Positions 28,990-38,572 of a stretch of DNA of 64,000 bases are shown in pieces; the stretch's first letter is position 1, and each line of letters begins with the position of its first letter. Both the position numbers and the translations under genes were made by a program. Source of the stretch: an uncultured delta proteobacterium (GTDB taxonomy: Bacteria > Myxococcota_A > Polyangia > Fen-1088); NCBI GenBank assembly GCA_963767925.1, contig CAVYGB010000004.1, forward strand, positions 32,001 to 96,000. Reading direction: 5' to 3'. Under the pieces are notes generated by a model. That model was given only the letters and a program-made list of their open reading frames with translations, searched no databases and was not told the origin of the DNA.

Positions 28990-30393
28990 ATGCGGCTGAC
29001 CTACCTGGCCCACGCCTGTTACCTCGTCGAGTCCGGCGGCCGCCGCCTGGTCACCGATCCCTGGCTCGACGGGCCGACCTACCTGTCGGCCTGGTGGCAC
29101 TTCCCCGCGCCCGCCGCCCGGGGCAGCGATCTCGTCGGCGTCGACTATGTCTATCTCACCCACGAGCACGTCGACCACTTCCACCAGCCCACCTTGCGGC
29201 GGCTGCCCCGCTCCACCCCCATCCTGATCGGGCGGTTCCTCACGCCCCGCTTCCGCCGTCAGCTCGAGGCCCTCGGCTTTTACGACGTGCGCGAGCTGCC
29301 CCACGGGCAGGAGGTCGACCTCGGCGGCGGCCTGCACGCCACCAGCTACCAGTACCGGGCCGACGACACCGCGCTCGTGCTGCGCGACCACGAGGCCACC
29401 GTGCTCAACATGAACGACTGCCTGCTGCGGGCGGCGTCGCTCGAGCACCTCCTGGCCCGCCACCGCCGCATCGACCTGCTGGCGATGTCCTTCGCCAACG
29501 CCGAGGCCTATCCCATCGTCTACGACTTCGAGGACCCCGGCGAGCGGGTCGACTGGGACGACCGCTCGCGCTTCGACGCCTTCCTCGAGAAGGTGCGCCA
29601 GGTCGGCCCCCGGGCCTTCGTCCCCTTCGCCAGCATGTTCGGCTTTCTGGATCCCGAGCTGGCGGCGATAAACGACCGCATCGTCTCGCCCGGCGAGCTG
29701 ATCCACCGGGCCGACCGGGGCGAGGTGGCGGCCCGCGGGCTGGCCATGAACCCCGGCGACCTCTGGACGCCCGAGGGTGGCCACCAGGTGCGCAACGCCG
29801 TCGACTGGAGCAACAAGTCCGCCCTCCTCGCCGCCTACGCCGAGCAGCGCCGCGACGATCTGCAGGCGATCCGGGCGGCCGAGACCGTCCCGGGCGGAGC
29901 GGCCGCCCTGCGCGGGCACTTCGCGACCTCCTTTCGCGATTTCGCCGAGGGGATCCCCCTGCCCCTGCGCCACCGCCTCGACCTGGCCATCCGCTTCGAC
30001 GTGCGGGGCCCGGCCGGCGGCGTGTTCTGGGCCCGCTTTCACCGGGGCAAGCTCGACCTGCTCCCGCCGGCGCGCGACGACGCCTGGGACATGCGCCTCG
30101 AGCTCGACGACTGGCCCCTCTGGCGGGTGGTGACGGGGGGCGATAGCTGGCAGACCCTCAGCGTCTCCTGCCGCTACCGGGCCCACCTCCGGCGCCAGGT
30201 GCGCGACCGCGAGGTCTACTTCTGGTTCCTGCTCTACCTGCACGACTTCGGCTACCTCAACCCCTGGGGCCTGGCCACCCCCCGCGCCCTCGGCGTCCTG
30301 CTGCAGCGCCGCCGCGAGCTGAACGAATATCTGCAGGCGCTGGTCGGGAGGCGCTTCGTGCAGAGCAAGCTGCGGGGCAAGTTCGCGGCCTGA
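28990..30393 (+). CDS. Metallo-beta-lactamase-fold protein resembling NamH/CMAH nucleotide-sugar hydroxylases, without a Rieske domain
   Basis: HAC..DPW, THEHVDHFH, DTALV..LNMND, YPIVYD, FLDPEL..IND; starts 2 bp after the decarboxylase. Confidence 0.65.
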   Translation: MRLTYLAHACYLVESGGRRLVTDPWLDGPTYLSAWWHFPAPAARGSDLVGVDYVYLTHEHVDHFHQPTLRRLPRSTPILIGRFLTPRFRRQLEALGFYDVRELPHGQEVDLGGGLHATSYQYRADDTALVLRDHEATVLNMNDCLLRAASLEHLLARHRRIDLLAMSFANAEAYPIVYDFEDPGERVDWDDRSRFDAFLEKVRQVGPRAFVPFASMFGFLDPELAAINDRIVSPGELIHRADRGEVAARGLAMNPGDLWTPEGGHQVRNAVDWSNKSALLAAYAEQRRDDLQAIRAAETVPGGAAALRGHFATSFRDFAEGIPLPLRHRLDLAIRFDVRGPAGGVFWARFHRGKLDLLPPARDDAWDMRLELDDWPLWRVVTGGDSWQTLSVSCRYRAHLRRQVRDREVYFWFLLYLHDFGYLNPWGLATPRALGVLLQRRRELNEYLQALVGRRFVQSKLRGKFAA

Positions 30394-30467
30394 GATGAAG
30401 CGGCCCGGGCACGGGCAGGCCCGCCGCACCCTCGAGCAGCTCGGGCGGGCGGGGGATCAGATTCCCC

Positions 30468-31694
30468 CTAGCGGCAGCCGCTCTCGCTGGCGGTGTCGCG
30501 GAAGGCCCCGTCTCCGATGGTCCACCAGTGGGTGGTGGCGGCTGCGGTCTGGCCGGTGATGTCGAAGGCGAGGGGTCCCGACAGCGCCCGGTATCTGATC
30601 TCCTGTCCGTCGCGCAGCAGCGCCAGGCCGCGGCCGAGCTCGTCCCACCCCACCTCGACGCCGTCCGCCCCCGTCACGGCGACCAGGTGGGCCGCCAGCC
30701 CGGTGCCCTCCGGGATCGCCCCCTCGCGGGCCAGCGCCCGTTGCAGGGCGAACGCCGTCAGGGCGCCGGCGTCGTAGAAGGCGGTGGCGTCGTCGAGCGG
30801 CTGGTCCTGCCAGCGGCTCATGAACTGCGCCCGGAAGGCGTCGACCCCGCCGAACGTGCCGGTGGCAACTCCGCGCGCGCCCTCGAGCATGCCCTCGGGG
30901 ATGGTCTCCAGCAGGGCCGGTGTGTGCAAGGTGGGCGAGAGGTAAAAGCGCCCGGGATCCTGCAGGGCGCCCACCGCGGCCAGGGCGTACACCAGCGAGG
31001 AGGCCGACGGGGGCAGGGCGGCCAGCACATAGGCGTCGGCCTGGGCTGCGAGGATGGGCTGCACCGTGATTTCGTTGGAGGGTTCGCCGCTGGGCAGGAA
31101 GATCCAGGGCATGGCGAAGGTCTTCGTCAGCTCGAAGGCCAGCAGGCTGTTGTACCCGTTGGGATCGGCCACCACCAGCGGGCGCAGGCGGCCGTCGGCC
31201 AGGATCTGGGCGTGCAGCTCGCAGGCCACCCGGGCCGCCGAGGGCCCCATGACGAACCAGGCGTGCGGCTTGGAGAAGTTCGAGGAGGTGGCAAAGCTCG
31301 GCAGGATCATCGTGTGCTCGCCGAGCAGCGGCTTGAGGGGGACCGCGAGGTCGGGGGTGTCGGGCCCGATGAAGAGGGCGGGGCGGGCGGCGAGCAGCTC
31401 CTGGGCGGGGGCCAGCACCTTGCTGGCCTCGCTGCCGGTGTCGCGCGCCAGGATGGTCAGCTCGCGCCCGCCCACGCCGCCCGCGGCGTTGGCCGCCGCG
31501 AAGGCCATCAGCAGGGCCCGCTCGGAGTTGATGCTGTTGGCGGCGAGCGACCCGGAGTACGAGAGCAACACGCCCACCGCGAGGGGATCGCCGCCCGCCT
31601 CCTCGCGGCAGGCCGGGCCCGCCGCCAGCAACACCAGCAACAGCAGCGCGAGCGCCCCGCCGCGCCGCCCGCCCCCGCCGCCCGAGCCGCCCAC
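30468..31694 (-). CDS. Periplasmic binding protein type 1 (branched-chain amino acid/LivJ-like), probable lipoprotein
   Basis: VGVLLSYSGSLA, ANAAGGVGGREL..RDT, IRYRALSGPLAFD; leader ending GPAC. Confidence 0.8.
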   Translation of the reverse strand: MGGSGGGGGRRGGALALLLLVLLAAGPACREEAGGDPLAVGVLLSYSGSLAANSINSERALLMAFAAANAAGGVGGRELTILARDTGSEASKVLAPAQELLAARPALFIGPDTPDLAVPLKPLLGEHTMILPSFATSSNFSKPHAWFVMGPSAARVACELHAQILADGRLRPLVVADPNGYNSLLAFELTKTFAMPWIFLPSGEPSNEITVQPILAAQADAYVLAALPPSASSLVYALAAVGALQDPGRFYLSPTLHTPALLETIPEGMLEGARGVATGTFGGVDAFRAQFMSRWQDQPLDDATAFYDAGALTAFALQRALAREGAIPEGTGLAAHLVAVTGADGVEVGWDELGRGLALLRDGQEIRYRALSGPLAFDITGQTAAATTHWWTIGDGAFRDTASESGCR

Positions 31695-31695
31695 T

Positions 31696-33063
31696 TCAGC
31701 TCCCTCCGTGTTGCCGGATCGCCTCGTTGGCCGTCTGCTGCATGTCCTGGAGGGCCTGGGGGATGGTCTTGTTGCCGGCCACCGCCGCCCAGAAGTTCGT
31801 GACGAACGCGCCCGACACCGTCTCGAAGGCCCCCACCGGGATGTAGCCCACCCACTGCCCGTGCTCGAGCAGGGGCCGCACCTTGGCCAGCATGGGGTTC
31901 TCGTTTTCGCTGATGGCGGTCACGCTGGCCCGCAGCGCCGGGATGGCCCCGGTGACCGCGGTCCAGCGCCGGACCGCCTCCGCCGACAGCGCCAGGGCCG
32001 CGGCGATGTCCCAGGCCACCGCCTGGTTGCTGCTGCTGCGGGGCACCGCGAAGGCCCAGCCGGAGTCCTGCACGAACCGGTGTTCGGTCCCCACCATCGG
32101 GGGGACCGGGAAATAGTCGAAGCGCCAGCGGCTGCCGGGAGGGAGCTGGGACACCGTGCTGGGGACGCCCGCCGTACCGACGTAGCCCATCACGCTGAGG
32201 GGCCGGGACGGGTCGCTCCAGCCGTAGCCGGTCGCCCCCGCCGCCAGGCGGGTTGTGACGTGGGTGTTGCGGTCGGGCACCAGGCCGCGCCACATGATGT
32301 GGTCGACGTTCACCCAGTGCACCATGGCGGCCAGCGAGGCCTCCGCCTCGGGCGTCGTGAAGTCGAACAGCCCGGCCTCCGCCGACCAGTAGCCGCCGCC
32401 CCGCTGCAGGATCTGGCTCAGGAAGATCTCGCGGGTGGCGGGGGGCCAGTCGGGATCGATGTCGAGGCCGTTGGCCATCGGGTTGCCGCTGGCGTCGTAT
32501 TCGGCGAGGGCGGCCGCCTCGGTGATGAAGCTCGCCCAGTCGGACCAGCCCGGCGTGCGGTCGGGGAACTTCGCCGCGTACTTGTCGAGGTTCACCACCA
32601 CGCCGCCGTATTCCAGGTTGTACTCCATCGGCAAGCCCTTGAGCTTGCCCCCGCAGGTGGAGCCCTGCAGGGGGGCGGCGTAGAACAGCTCCTGGGCCCG
32701 GGTCAGCGAGGCGACGGCGGCCGGCACCTCGGCCAGGTTGTCGGCGAAGCCGCACAGGCGCGAGGGGGGGACCAGCACCAGATCGTAGGGGAATTGATCG
32801 CGGGTCAGATCCCCGATCAGGGTTGAGGCCAGCGTACGAAAATCGACCGTCGTGTCGTCGATGGTGACGCCGGGGTGAGTGGCCTGGTAATCGGCGAAAA
32901 AGGCTTCGTCCGCCGTGACGTAGTTGGGGTTATCGTGGCGCAGGAACTTGATCGTCACCCGGTTGGTATTGGGCCCCGCAGGGGGCGGATCGCCTTCGGA
33001 TTTGCAGGCTCCCGCCATCAGGCCGAGCCAGAGGCAGCCGACCAGGAGATCTGCCCGCATCAT
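31696..33063 (-). CDS. Extracellular solute-binding protein (family 1, sugar-type), lipoprotein
   Basis: Lipobox MAGAC; YQATHPGVTI, GKLKGLP, GWAFAVP, TGAIPA. Confidence 0.8.
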   Translation of the reverse strand: MMRADLLVGCLWLGLMAGACKSEGDPPPAGPNTNRVTIKFLRHDNPNYVTADEAFFADYQATHPGVTIDDTTVDFRTLASTLIGDLTRDQFPYDLVLVPPSRLCGFADNLAEVPAAVASLTRAQELFYAAPLQGSTCGGKLKGLPMEYNLEYGGVVVNLDKYAAKFPDRTPGWSDWASFITEAAALAEYDASGNPMANGLDIDPDWPPATREIFLSQILQRGGGYWSAEAGLFDFTTPEAEASLAAMVHWVNVDHIMWRGLVPDRNTHVTTRLAAGATGYGWSDPSRPLSVMGYVGTAGVPSTVSQLPPGSRWRFDYFPVPPMVGTEHRFVQDSGWAFAVPRSSSNQAVAWDIAAALALSAEAVRRWTAVTGAIPALRASVTAISENENPMLAKVRPLLEHGQWVGYIPVGAFETVSGAFVTNFWAAVAGNKTIPQALQDMQQTANEAIRQHGGS

Positions 33064-33162
33064 CTACGACGCCCCCCTTCCAGCGCGCGCACGGCTCTCC
33101 TCACGAGCATATAACCACCCTCATACACCCGCCTGCCTGGCGATGCCAGGGAGGACTGCCCG

Positions 33163-35373
33163 GTGAGCGGGCGGGCGCCTGTCTTCGCGTCTGTCCTGGC
33201 GCCTGTCTTGGCGCCTGTCCTGGCGCCTGTCCTGGCGCTTTTTCTCGGCACGGTCTGGCCGGCAGACGCGTCCGGCCAGAGCGAGGCGGAGAAGCTCGAG
33301 CGCATGGTCGATCAGCTCGACCTGCAGACCCTGCTCAACACGCCCATCGACGTCTGGACCCCCAGCAAGGCCCCCCAGAAGATCCACGAGGCGCCCTCGA
33401 TCATCACGACCGTGACGCGCGAGCAGATCGTCGTGTGGGGCTACCGCTCCCTGGCCGAGCTGCTGAGCCACCTGCTCGGCTTTTACGTGGTCGACGATCA
33501 CACCTCGCCCAACGTCGTGGTGCGTGGCAACTCAGGGGGCCTCTACTCCGACAGCAGCATCATCAAGGTGCTGATCAACGGGCACCCCGTCTCCTTCTCC
33601 TCGACCGGCGGGATCGGGCTCGGCCCCGAGCTGATCCCGCTGTCGGCCATCGACCGGGTGGAGGTCATCCGGGGCCCCGCCTCGGCGCTGTACGGCGCCG
33701 ACGCCTTCCTGGGCATGATCAACATCCAGACTCGGGAGCGCGAGGACGTCAGCGGCGCCACCGCCTGGCTGGCCCTCGGGCGGGCGGGCGAGCACCTGGC
33801 CAGCGACGTCGACGCGTCGCTGGGCACCCGCCGGGGCATGGTCGAGGCGCTGGTGGCCGTGCGGCGCAGCGGTCAGGATCTGTCCGGACTGGAGCTGCCC
33901 GCCAGCTCGCCAGCCCCCAACATCCCCATCTACAACCGGGGCGCGCGGAGGGCCACCGGCCTCGATCAGCGCTCCACCTCCGCCATCGCCACCTTGACCC
34001 TGCGCCCGCGCGAGACCCGGGTGCTCCGGCTGTTCGGGTACTACAGCCTCCTGGACCGGGGGGCGGAGTTCGGGTCCCTCCTGCACCTGGCCCACGGATA
34101 CAACGAGCGCAACGCTTTCTCGGAGAACCGGGTCGCGCTCTCCCAGGTGCGGGGCGGGCTGCAATATTCGGAGGACCTCACCCCGCGGCTGCGGCTGGCG
34201 CTGCGCGGCTCTTACTTCCGGGGCGGCACCCGGGACGACAACCGGCTGGAGGTGGGCAGCGAGTTTTACTACGTGCGCCGGCGCTTCGGGTTCCAGGGCG
34301 GGGATCTCGACGCCCACCTGGAGTTGTCGCCTGCCCCCAGCTGGACCTTCGCCACCGGAGCGAGCCTCCTCGTCGACAACGAGCGGTTGCCCTCCCGCAT
34401 CGCCGTGGCCAAGCGGACCATCGGCCTGGTGCGGAACGGGGAGGTGATCGAGGCGGCCAGCGTCTACCAGGGGCGCAAGACCTTCTTCAACGCGGGGGCC
34501 TACCTGCAGGCCACCTGGCGGACCGAAGGGGGCGGGCTGGGGATCACCGGCGGGCTGCGCTACGACCAGCACAACGTCTACGGCGGCCAGATCTCGCGCC
34601 GAGTGGGCCTGGTGAGCAGCCCCTTGCCCAACCTGCACGCCAAGCTCCTGCACGGCAGCGCCTTCCAGGCCCCCTCGCCCTTCCTGCTCCACGCTGTCCC
34701 ATCGGCCAGCGGCGACGTGGTGGGCAACGCCAACCTGCGCCCGCAATACGTCGACACCTTCGAGCTGCAGGTCGTATACCGGCCGCACGAGGCGATCGGC
34801 CTGTCGAGCGCGGTGGCCTACAGCCTGCTCGACGACAAGACCGAGTTCATCCAGCAGGGGATCAACAAGGTCGCGCGCAACGTGACGAGCACCGCCAGCC
34901 TGTCCTGGGAGAACCGGGTCGAGGCGACCTTGCACCGGCGGGTCAGCGCCCACCTCAGCTTCGAGCTGCAGCGGACCGTGCTCCGCAAGGTTCAGGAGGG
35001 TTACGTCGGGCAGGTTGTGGGATCGCAGGGGAGCATCTACCCGAACCTCATGTTGCACGGGGGCCTGGCCGCCCAGCTCGGCGCGCTGCCGCTGCGCCTG
35101 GCCGTGCTTGGCTCGTACGTCGGATCCCGGCGCGCCAGCGAGACGAACATCCTGCTCAACCGGGAGGCCTACACGTTGCCGCCCTATTTCGTGCTCGACG
35201 CCAACCTGGCCAGCGAGGGGTTCCAGATCCTGCGCCACAGCGAGCAGCAGGTCTCGCTCGGCCTCAGCGGCAAGAACCTGCTGGGGGCCCGCGGTCCCTA
35301 TCCCGGCTTCTCCGGCGTCGACTACCCGCTGGCCCCGCGCACGGTGCTGTTCCACCTCAACCTGTCGCTGTGA
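33163..35373 (+). CDS. TonB-dependent receptor
   Basis: Plug motifs APSIITTVTREQI, KVLING, IDRVEVIRGPASALYGADA; beta-barrel pattern, GLRYD, C-terminal PRTVLFHLNLSL. Confidence 0.92.
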   Translation: MSGRAPVFASVLAPVLAPVLAPVLALFLGTVWPADASGQSEAEKLERMVDQLDLQTLLNTPIDVWTPSKAPQKIHEAPSIITTVTREQIVVWGYRSLAELLSHLLGFYVVDDHTSPNVVVRGNSGGLYSDSSIIKVLINGHPVSFSSTGGIGLGPELIPLSAIDRVEVIRGPASALYGADAFLGMINIQTREREDVSGATAWLALGRAGEHLASDVDASLGTRRGMVEALVAVRRSGQDLSGLELPASSPAPNIPIYNRGARRATGLDQRSTSAIATLTLRPRETRVLRLFGYYSLLDRGAEFGSLLHLAHGYNERNAFSENRVALSQVRGGLQYSEDLTPRLRLALRGSYFRGGTRDDNRLEVGSEFYYVRRRFGFQGGDLDAHLELSPAPSWTFATGASLLVDNERLPSRIAVAKRTIGLVRNGEVIEAASVYQGRKTFFNAGAYLQATWRTEGGGLGITGGLRYDQHNVYGGQISRRVGLVSSPLPNLHAKLLHGSAFQAPSPFLLHAVPSASGDVVGNANLRPQYVDTFELQVVYRPHEAIGLSSAVAYSLLDDKTEFIQQGINKVARNVTSTASLSWENRVEATLHRRVSAHLSFELQRTVLRKVQEGYVGQVVGSQGSIYPNLMLHGGLAAQLGALPLRLAVLGSYVGSRRASETNILLNREAYTLPPYFVLDANLASEGFQILRHSEQQVSLGLSGKNLLGARGPYPGFSGVDYPLAPRTVLFHLNLSL
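33175..33240 (+). repeat. 12-bp tandem repeat (about 5.5 copies, GCGCCTGTCCTG) encoding APVL in the signal peptide
   Basis: Units gcgcctgtcttc, gcgtctgtcctg, gcgcctgtcttg, gcgcctgtcctg, gcgcctgtcctg, gcgctt. Confidence 0.85.
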
Positions 35374-35398
35374 TTCGAGACGAGCGGCCGGCCCTGGC

Positions 35399-36103
35399 TC
35401 AGCCGGGCGCCAGGGTGAAGGAGAAGGTCGCGCCCGCGCCCGGGGCGCCGGTGGCCCAGATCGCGCCGCCGTGGCGGCTGACCGCCCGCCGGGCGCGGGC
35501 CAGCCCCAGCCCCAGGCCGGGGTATTCGGCCGCCGGGTGCAGCCGGCAGAAGGGCTGGAACAGGCGCTCGGAGCGGGCCGGATCGAACCCCACCCCGTTG
35601 TCGGCCACGAAATACACGAGCCGGCCCGGCTCCTGCCGGGCGCCGAGCTGGATCCGGGCCGGCGCGGCGGCGCCGGTGAACTTCCAGGCGTTCGAAAGCA
35701 GGCTCTCGAGCAGCACCTGCAACAGGGGCGGGTCCCCCTGCACCGGCAAGGCGTCCGCCACCTCCACCTCGACCGGACGCCCGGGATCGCCGGCCGCCAG
35801 GTCGGCCAGCACCGGGCCGGCCAGCGCCCGCAGCTCGACCGCCTGGGGCTGCAGGGGGGCCACCGACAGGCGGGCCAGCGCCACCATGCCCTCGATCAGC
35901 TTCCCGGTCTGGCGGGCCGAGTCGCGCACCAGCCCGAGGTAACGTTCACCATTCCCCTCGAGCCGTCCGGCCAGCTCGCCGGCCAGGGCGCGCGAGAAGC
36001 CGTCGACCGCCCGCAGCGGCGCGCGCAGGTCGTGGGCCATGGCGGCGGCCAGCTCGCGCAGGTCCCGCTCCAGCTCCTCGCTGCGGCGCTGCCAGTCGGT
36101 CAT
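35399..36103 (-). CDS. Sensorless histidine kinase (HisKA + HATPase only)
   Basis: AHDLRAPLR, LLSNAWKF, DNGVGFD, GLGLGLA; ATG 36103 overlaps the upstream stop. Confidence 0.85.
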   Translation of the reverse strand: MTDWQRRSEELERDLRELAAAMAHDLRAPLRAVDGFSRALAGELAGRLEGNGERYLGLVRDSARQTGKLIEGMVALARLSVAPLQPQAVELRALAGPVLADLAAGDPGRPVEVEVADALPVQGDPPLLQVLLESLLSNAWKFTGAAAPARIQLGARQEPGRLVYFVADNGVGFDPARSERLFQPFCRLHPAAEYPGLGLGLARARRAVSRHGGAIWATGAPGAGATFSFTLAPG

Positions 36104-37782
36104 GGCTCGGGGGCGTCGGTCGCGTCCGCCCCCGCCGGCCGGGCCAGCGGCAGCTCGACGACGAAGGTCGAGCCGCGCCCGAGCTCGCTCTGCACCTGGA
36201 TGCTGCCGCCGTGGGCCTCGACCACCTGGCGGGTGATGTACAGGCCCAGGCCCAGCCCGCCGTAGTGGCGGAACGACACCGCCCGCTCGAAGGGCTGGAA
36301 GATCCGCTCGAGGTCGGCGGTCGGGATGCCGATGCCGTGGTCGGAGACGGTGAGCCGGGCCCGCTCGTCCAGCGGCTCGACCGAGACCTCGATCGGCTTG
36401 CCCGAACCGTATTTGCAGGCGTTCGACAGCAGGTTGCTGATCAGCTGGGCCATCCGCAGGGGGTCCCAGCGGCCGACGACCGGCGTGGGGGCCGACAGGC
36501 GCAGGGGGCACTCCAGCCGTCCCAGCTCGGGCCCGAACTGCTCGACCACTTCGCGGGCGGTCTGGGCCAGGTCGACCGACGACACCTCGAGGCTGATGCC
36601 CCGGGCCCGGGCCCGGGAGATGTCGAGCAGGCTGGCCACCAGCCGCGACAGCCGGTCGAGCTGACGGCGCGCCCGGGCGAAGCCGGGCGGCGGATCGGCC
36701 GGGGCGCCCGTCCCCTCGGCCGCGCGGGTCGACAGGAGCAGGGCGTTCTCCAGCTCGATCCGCAAGGTCGTCAGGGGGGTGTTCAGCTCGTGGGAGGCCA
36801 CCGAGAGGAACTCGTCGCGGGCGATGATGGCCAGCTTGGCCTGCCGGTAGAGCTGGGCGCTGTCGAGGGCCATCGCCACCCGCGCCGCCAGCTCCTGGGC
36901 GAAGCCGAGGTCCTCGGGATCGAAGGCCGCCCGGGTCGCGCTCCTCACGAGGGTGAGCGCCCCCAGCCGGCCGCTGCGCGCGTCGAGGGGAACACAGAGG
37001 CTGCTGCCGTGGCCGAGCTGGGCCGCCACCATCCGGTCGGCGCTCTCGGCCGGCGTGACGAGCGCGCTGGCCGCGTCGGTGAAGATCCCCAGGCCGGTGC
37101 GGATCACCTGGGCCGCCCCCCGCTCGCTCCGCAGGTCGAAACCCCGCCGGGCCAGGTGCTCGCGGCCGATGGCCACCAGCTCTGGCTGGGCGTGCCACAG
37201 CACCGCCCGCGGCGGCCGGGGCTCCTCGTCGAGCACGGTCAGGACGCACCAGTCGGCCACCTCCGGCACGCAGGCCCGGGCGGCCGCCTCCAGCGTCTCG
37301 TCGTGGTCCAGCGAGCCGGCCAGCCGGCGGCTGACCGCAGCCAGCAGGGCCGAGCGCTCGGCCAGCTTCTCCAGCGCGGCCAGGGCCTGCCGCCGCTCGC
37401 GCCGCAGCCCCGCCTCGCGCCGCTCGCGCTCGATGGCCGGCACCAGGCGCACGACGTTGTCCTTGAGCACGTAGTCGTGGGCCCCCGACTTCATGGTGTC
37501 GACCGCCGTCTCCTCGCCGATGGCGCCCGACACGATGATGAAGGGCAGGTCGATGGCCCGCTCCTGCATCATTTTGAGGGCGCGCAGCCCGCTCCACCCC
37601 GGCAGCAGGTAGTCGGCGATCACGACGTCCCAGCTCCCGCTCTGCAGGGCCTGGGCGAAGGCCTCGGGCGTGTCGACGCGGGTGGCTTGCGGATTCAACC
37701 CCGCACGCGCCAGCTCCAGCACCACCAGCTCGGCGTCGGCCGGTGAGTCCTCCACCAAGAGGATACGAAGCGCCCTGGCCAC
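36100..37782 (-). CDS. Hybrid REC-GAF-histidine kinase
   Basis: ILLVEDS, ADY.LP, GAHDYVLK; GAF (VPEVADWC); ASHELNTPLT, NLLSNACKY, DHGIGI, GGLGLGLYI. Confidence 0.92.
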   Translation of the reverse strand: MARALRILLVEDSPADAELVVLELARAGLNPQATRVDTPEAFAQALQSGSWDVVIADYLLPGWSGLRALKMMQERAIDLPFIIVSGAIGEETAVDTMKSGAHDYVLKDNVVRLVPAIERERREAGLRRERRQALAALEKLAERSALLAAVSRRLAGSLDHDETLEAAARACVPEVADWCVLTVLDEEPRPPRAVLWHAQPELVAIGREHLARRGFDLRSERGAAQVIRTGLGIFTDAASALVTPAESADRMVAAQLGHGSSLCVPLDARSGRLGALTLVRSATRAAFDPEDLGFAQELAARVAMALDSAQLYRQAKLAIIARDEFLSVASHELNTPLTTLRIELENALLLSTRAAEGTGAPADPPPGFARARRQLDRLSRLVASLLDISRARARGISLEVSSVDLAQTAREVVEQFGPELGRLECPLRLSAPTPVVGRWDPLRMAQLISNLLSNACKYGSGKPIEVSVEPLDERARLTVSDHGIGIPTADLERIFQPFERAVSFRHYGGLGLGLYITRQVVEAHGGSIQVQSELGRGSTFVVELPLARPAGADATDAPEP

Positions 37783-37903
37783 AGCCCCCCTGCCTGAAAT
37801 GCTACACGATTTTGCCCATCCTCACCCCCCCCGGAATCCAAGTATTTTCTGTGGATTGGGTGGGTCGGTCAGGGCGTATCAGATATTCTCCTACGGGCTG
37901 GTC

Positions 37904-38572
37904 GTGTCGGGACGTCGCGCTGCCGGGGCCATTGGGGGTCTCGTTCCTGCAAGGAGCCCGACAGATCCACCCGGCGCCCGCCCCCACCCCGGCCGGGCCC
38001 TTCGGCGGACCGGGGCCAGCGTCGTCGCCGCGTTCCTGGCCGCACGCCTGGCGCTGGCGCTGTTTCTGTCGCTGCTGTGGCCGCGGCCGGCAGCCGCCCA
38101 GCTCTCGCTGGGGCACCTCAAGAGCCTGTACATCGAGCGGTTCACCCGCTTCATCGACTGGCCCGCCGAGGCGCTCCCGGGCAAGGCGCCCTTCGTGCTC
38201 TGCATCCAGGGCTCGGGTGACACCGCCAGCGACCTGGCCCGGGTGGCCCCCGCGCGCGCCTTCAAGGAACGGAGCTGCCAGGTGCGCCAGCTCCGCGCCG
38301 GCACCGACCTGTCGGCCTGCCACGTCGTCTACCTGGCGAGCAGCGAGCTGCCCCGACTGCCCCAGGTGCTCGAGGCCGTCGGGAGCAAGCCGATCCTGAC
38401 CATCAGCGATACGCCAGGGTTCGGCCAGCGCGGCGTGCTCATCAACCTGTTCCAGGAGGACCGCTTCTTGCGCTTCGAGATCAACCTGCCGGCGGTCAAG
38501 CGCAGCAAGCTCGTGTTCAGCTCGCAGCTTCTGCGTCTGGCCCGCCCGGTGGGCGAGGGAGCGGCCCCGTGA
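37904..38572 (+). CDS. YfiR family (DUF4154) periplasmic protein
   Basis: LKSLYIERFTRFIDWP, CHVVYL, ILTISD, RFEINL..VKRS.L.FSSQLLRLA; start uncertain. Confidence 0.85.
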   Translation: MSGRRAAGAIGGLVPARSPTDPPGARPHPGRALRRTGASVVAAFLAARLALALFLSLLWPRPAAAQLSLGHLKSLYIERFTRFIDWPAEALPGKAPFVLCIQGSGDTASDLARVAPARAFKERSCQVRQLRAGTDLSACHVVYLASSELPRLPQVLEAVGSKPILTISDTPGFGQRGVLINLFQEDRFLRFEINLPAVKRSKLVFSSQLLRLARPVGEGAAP

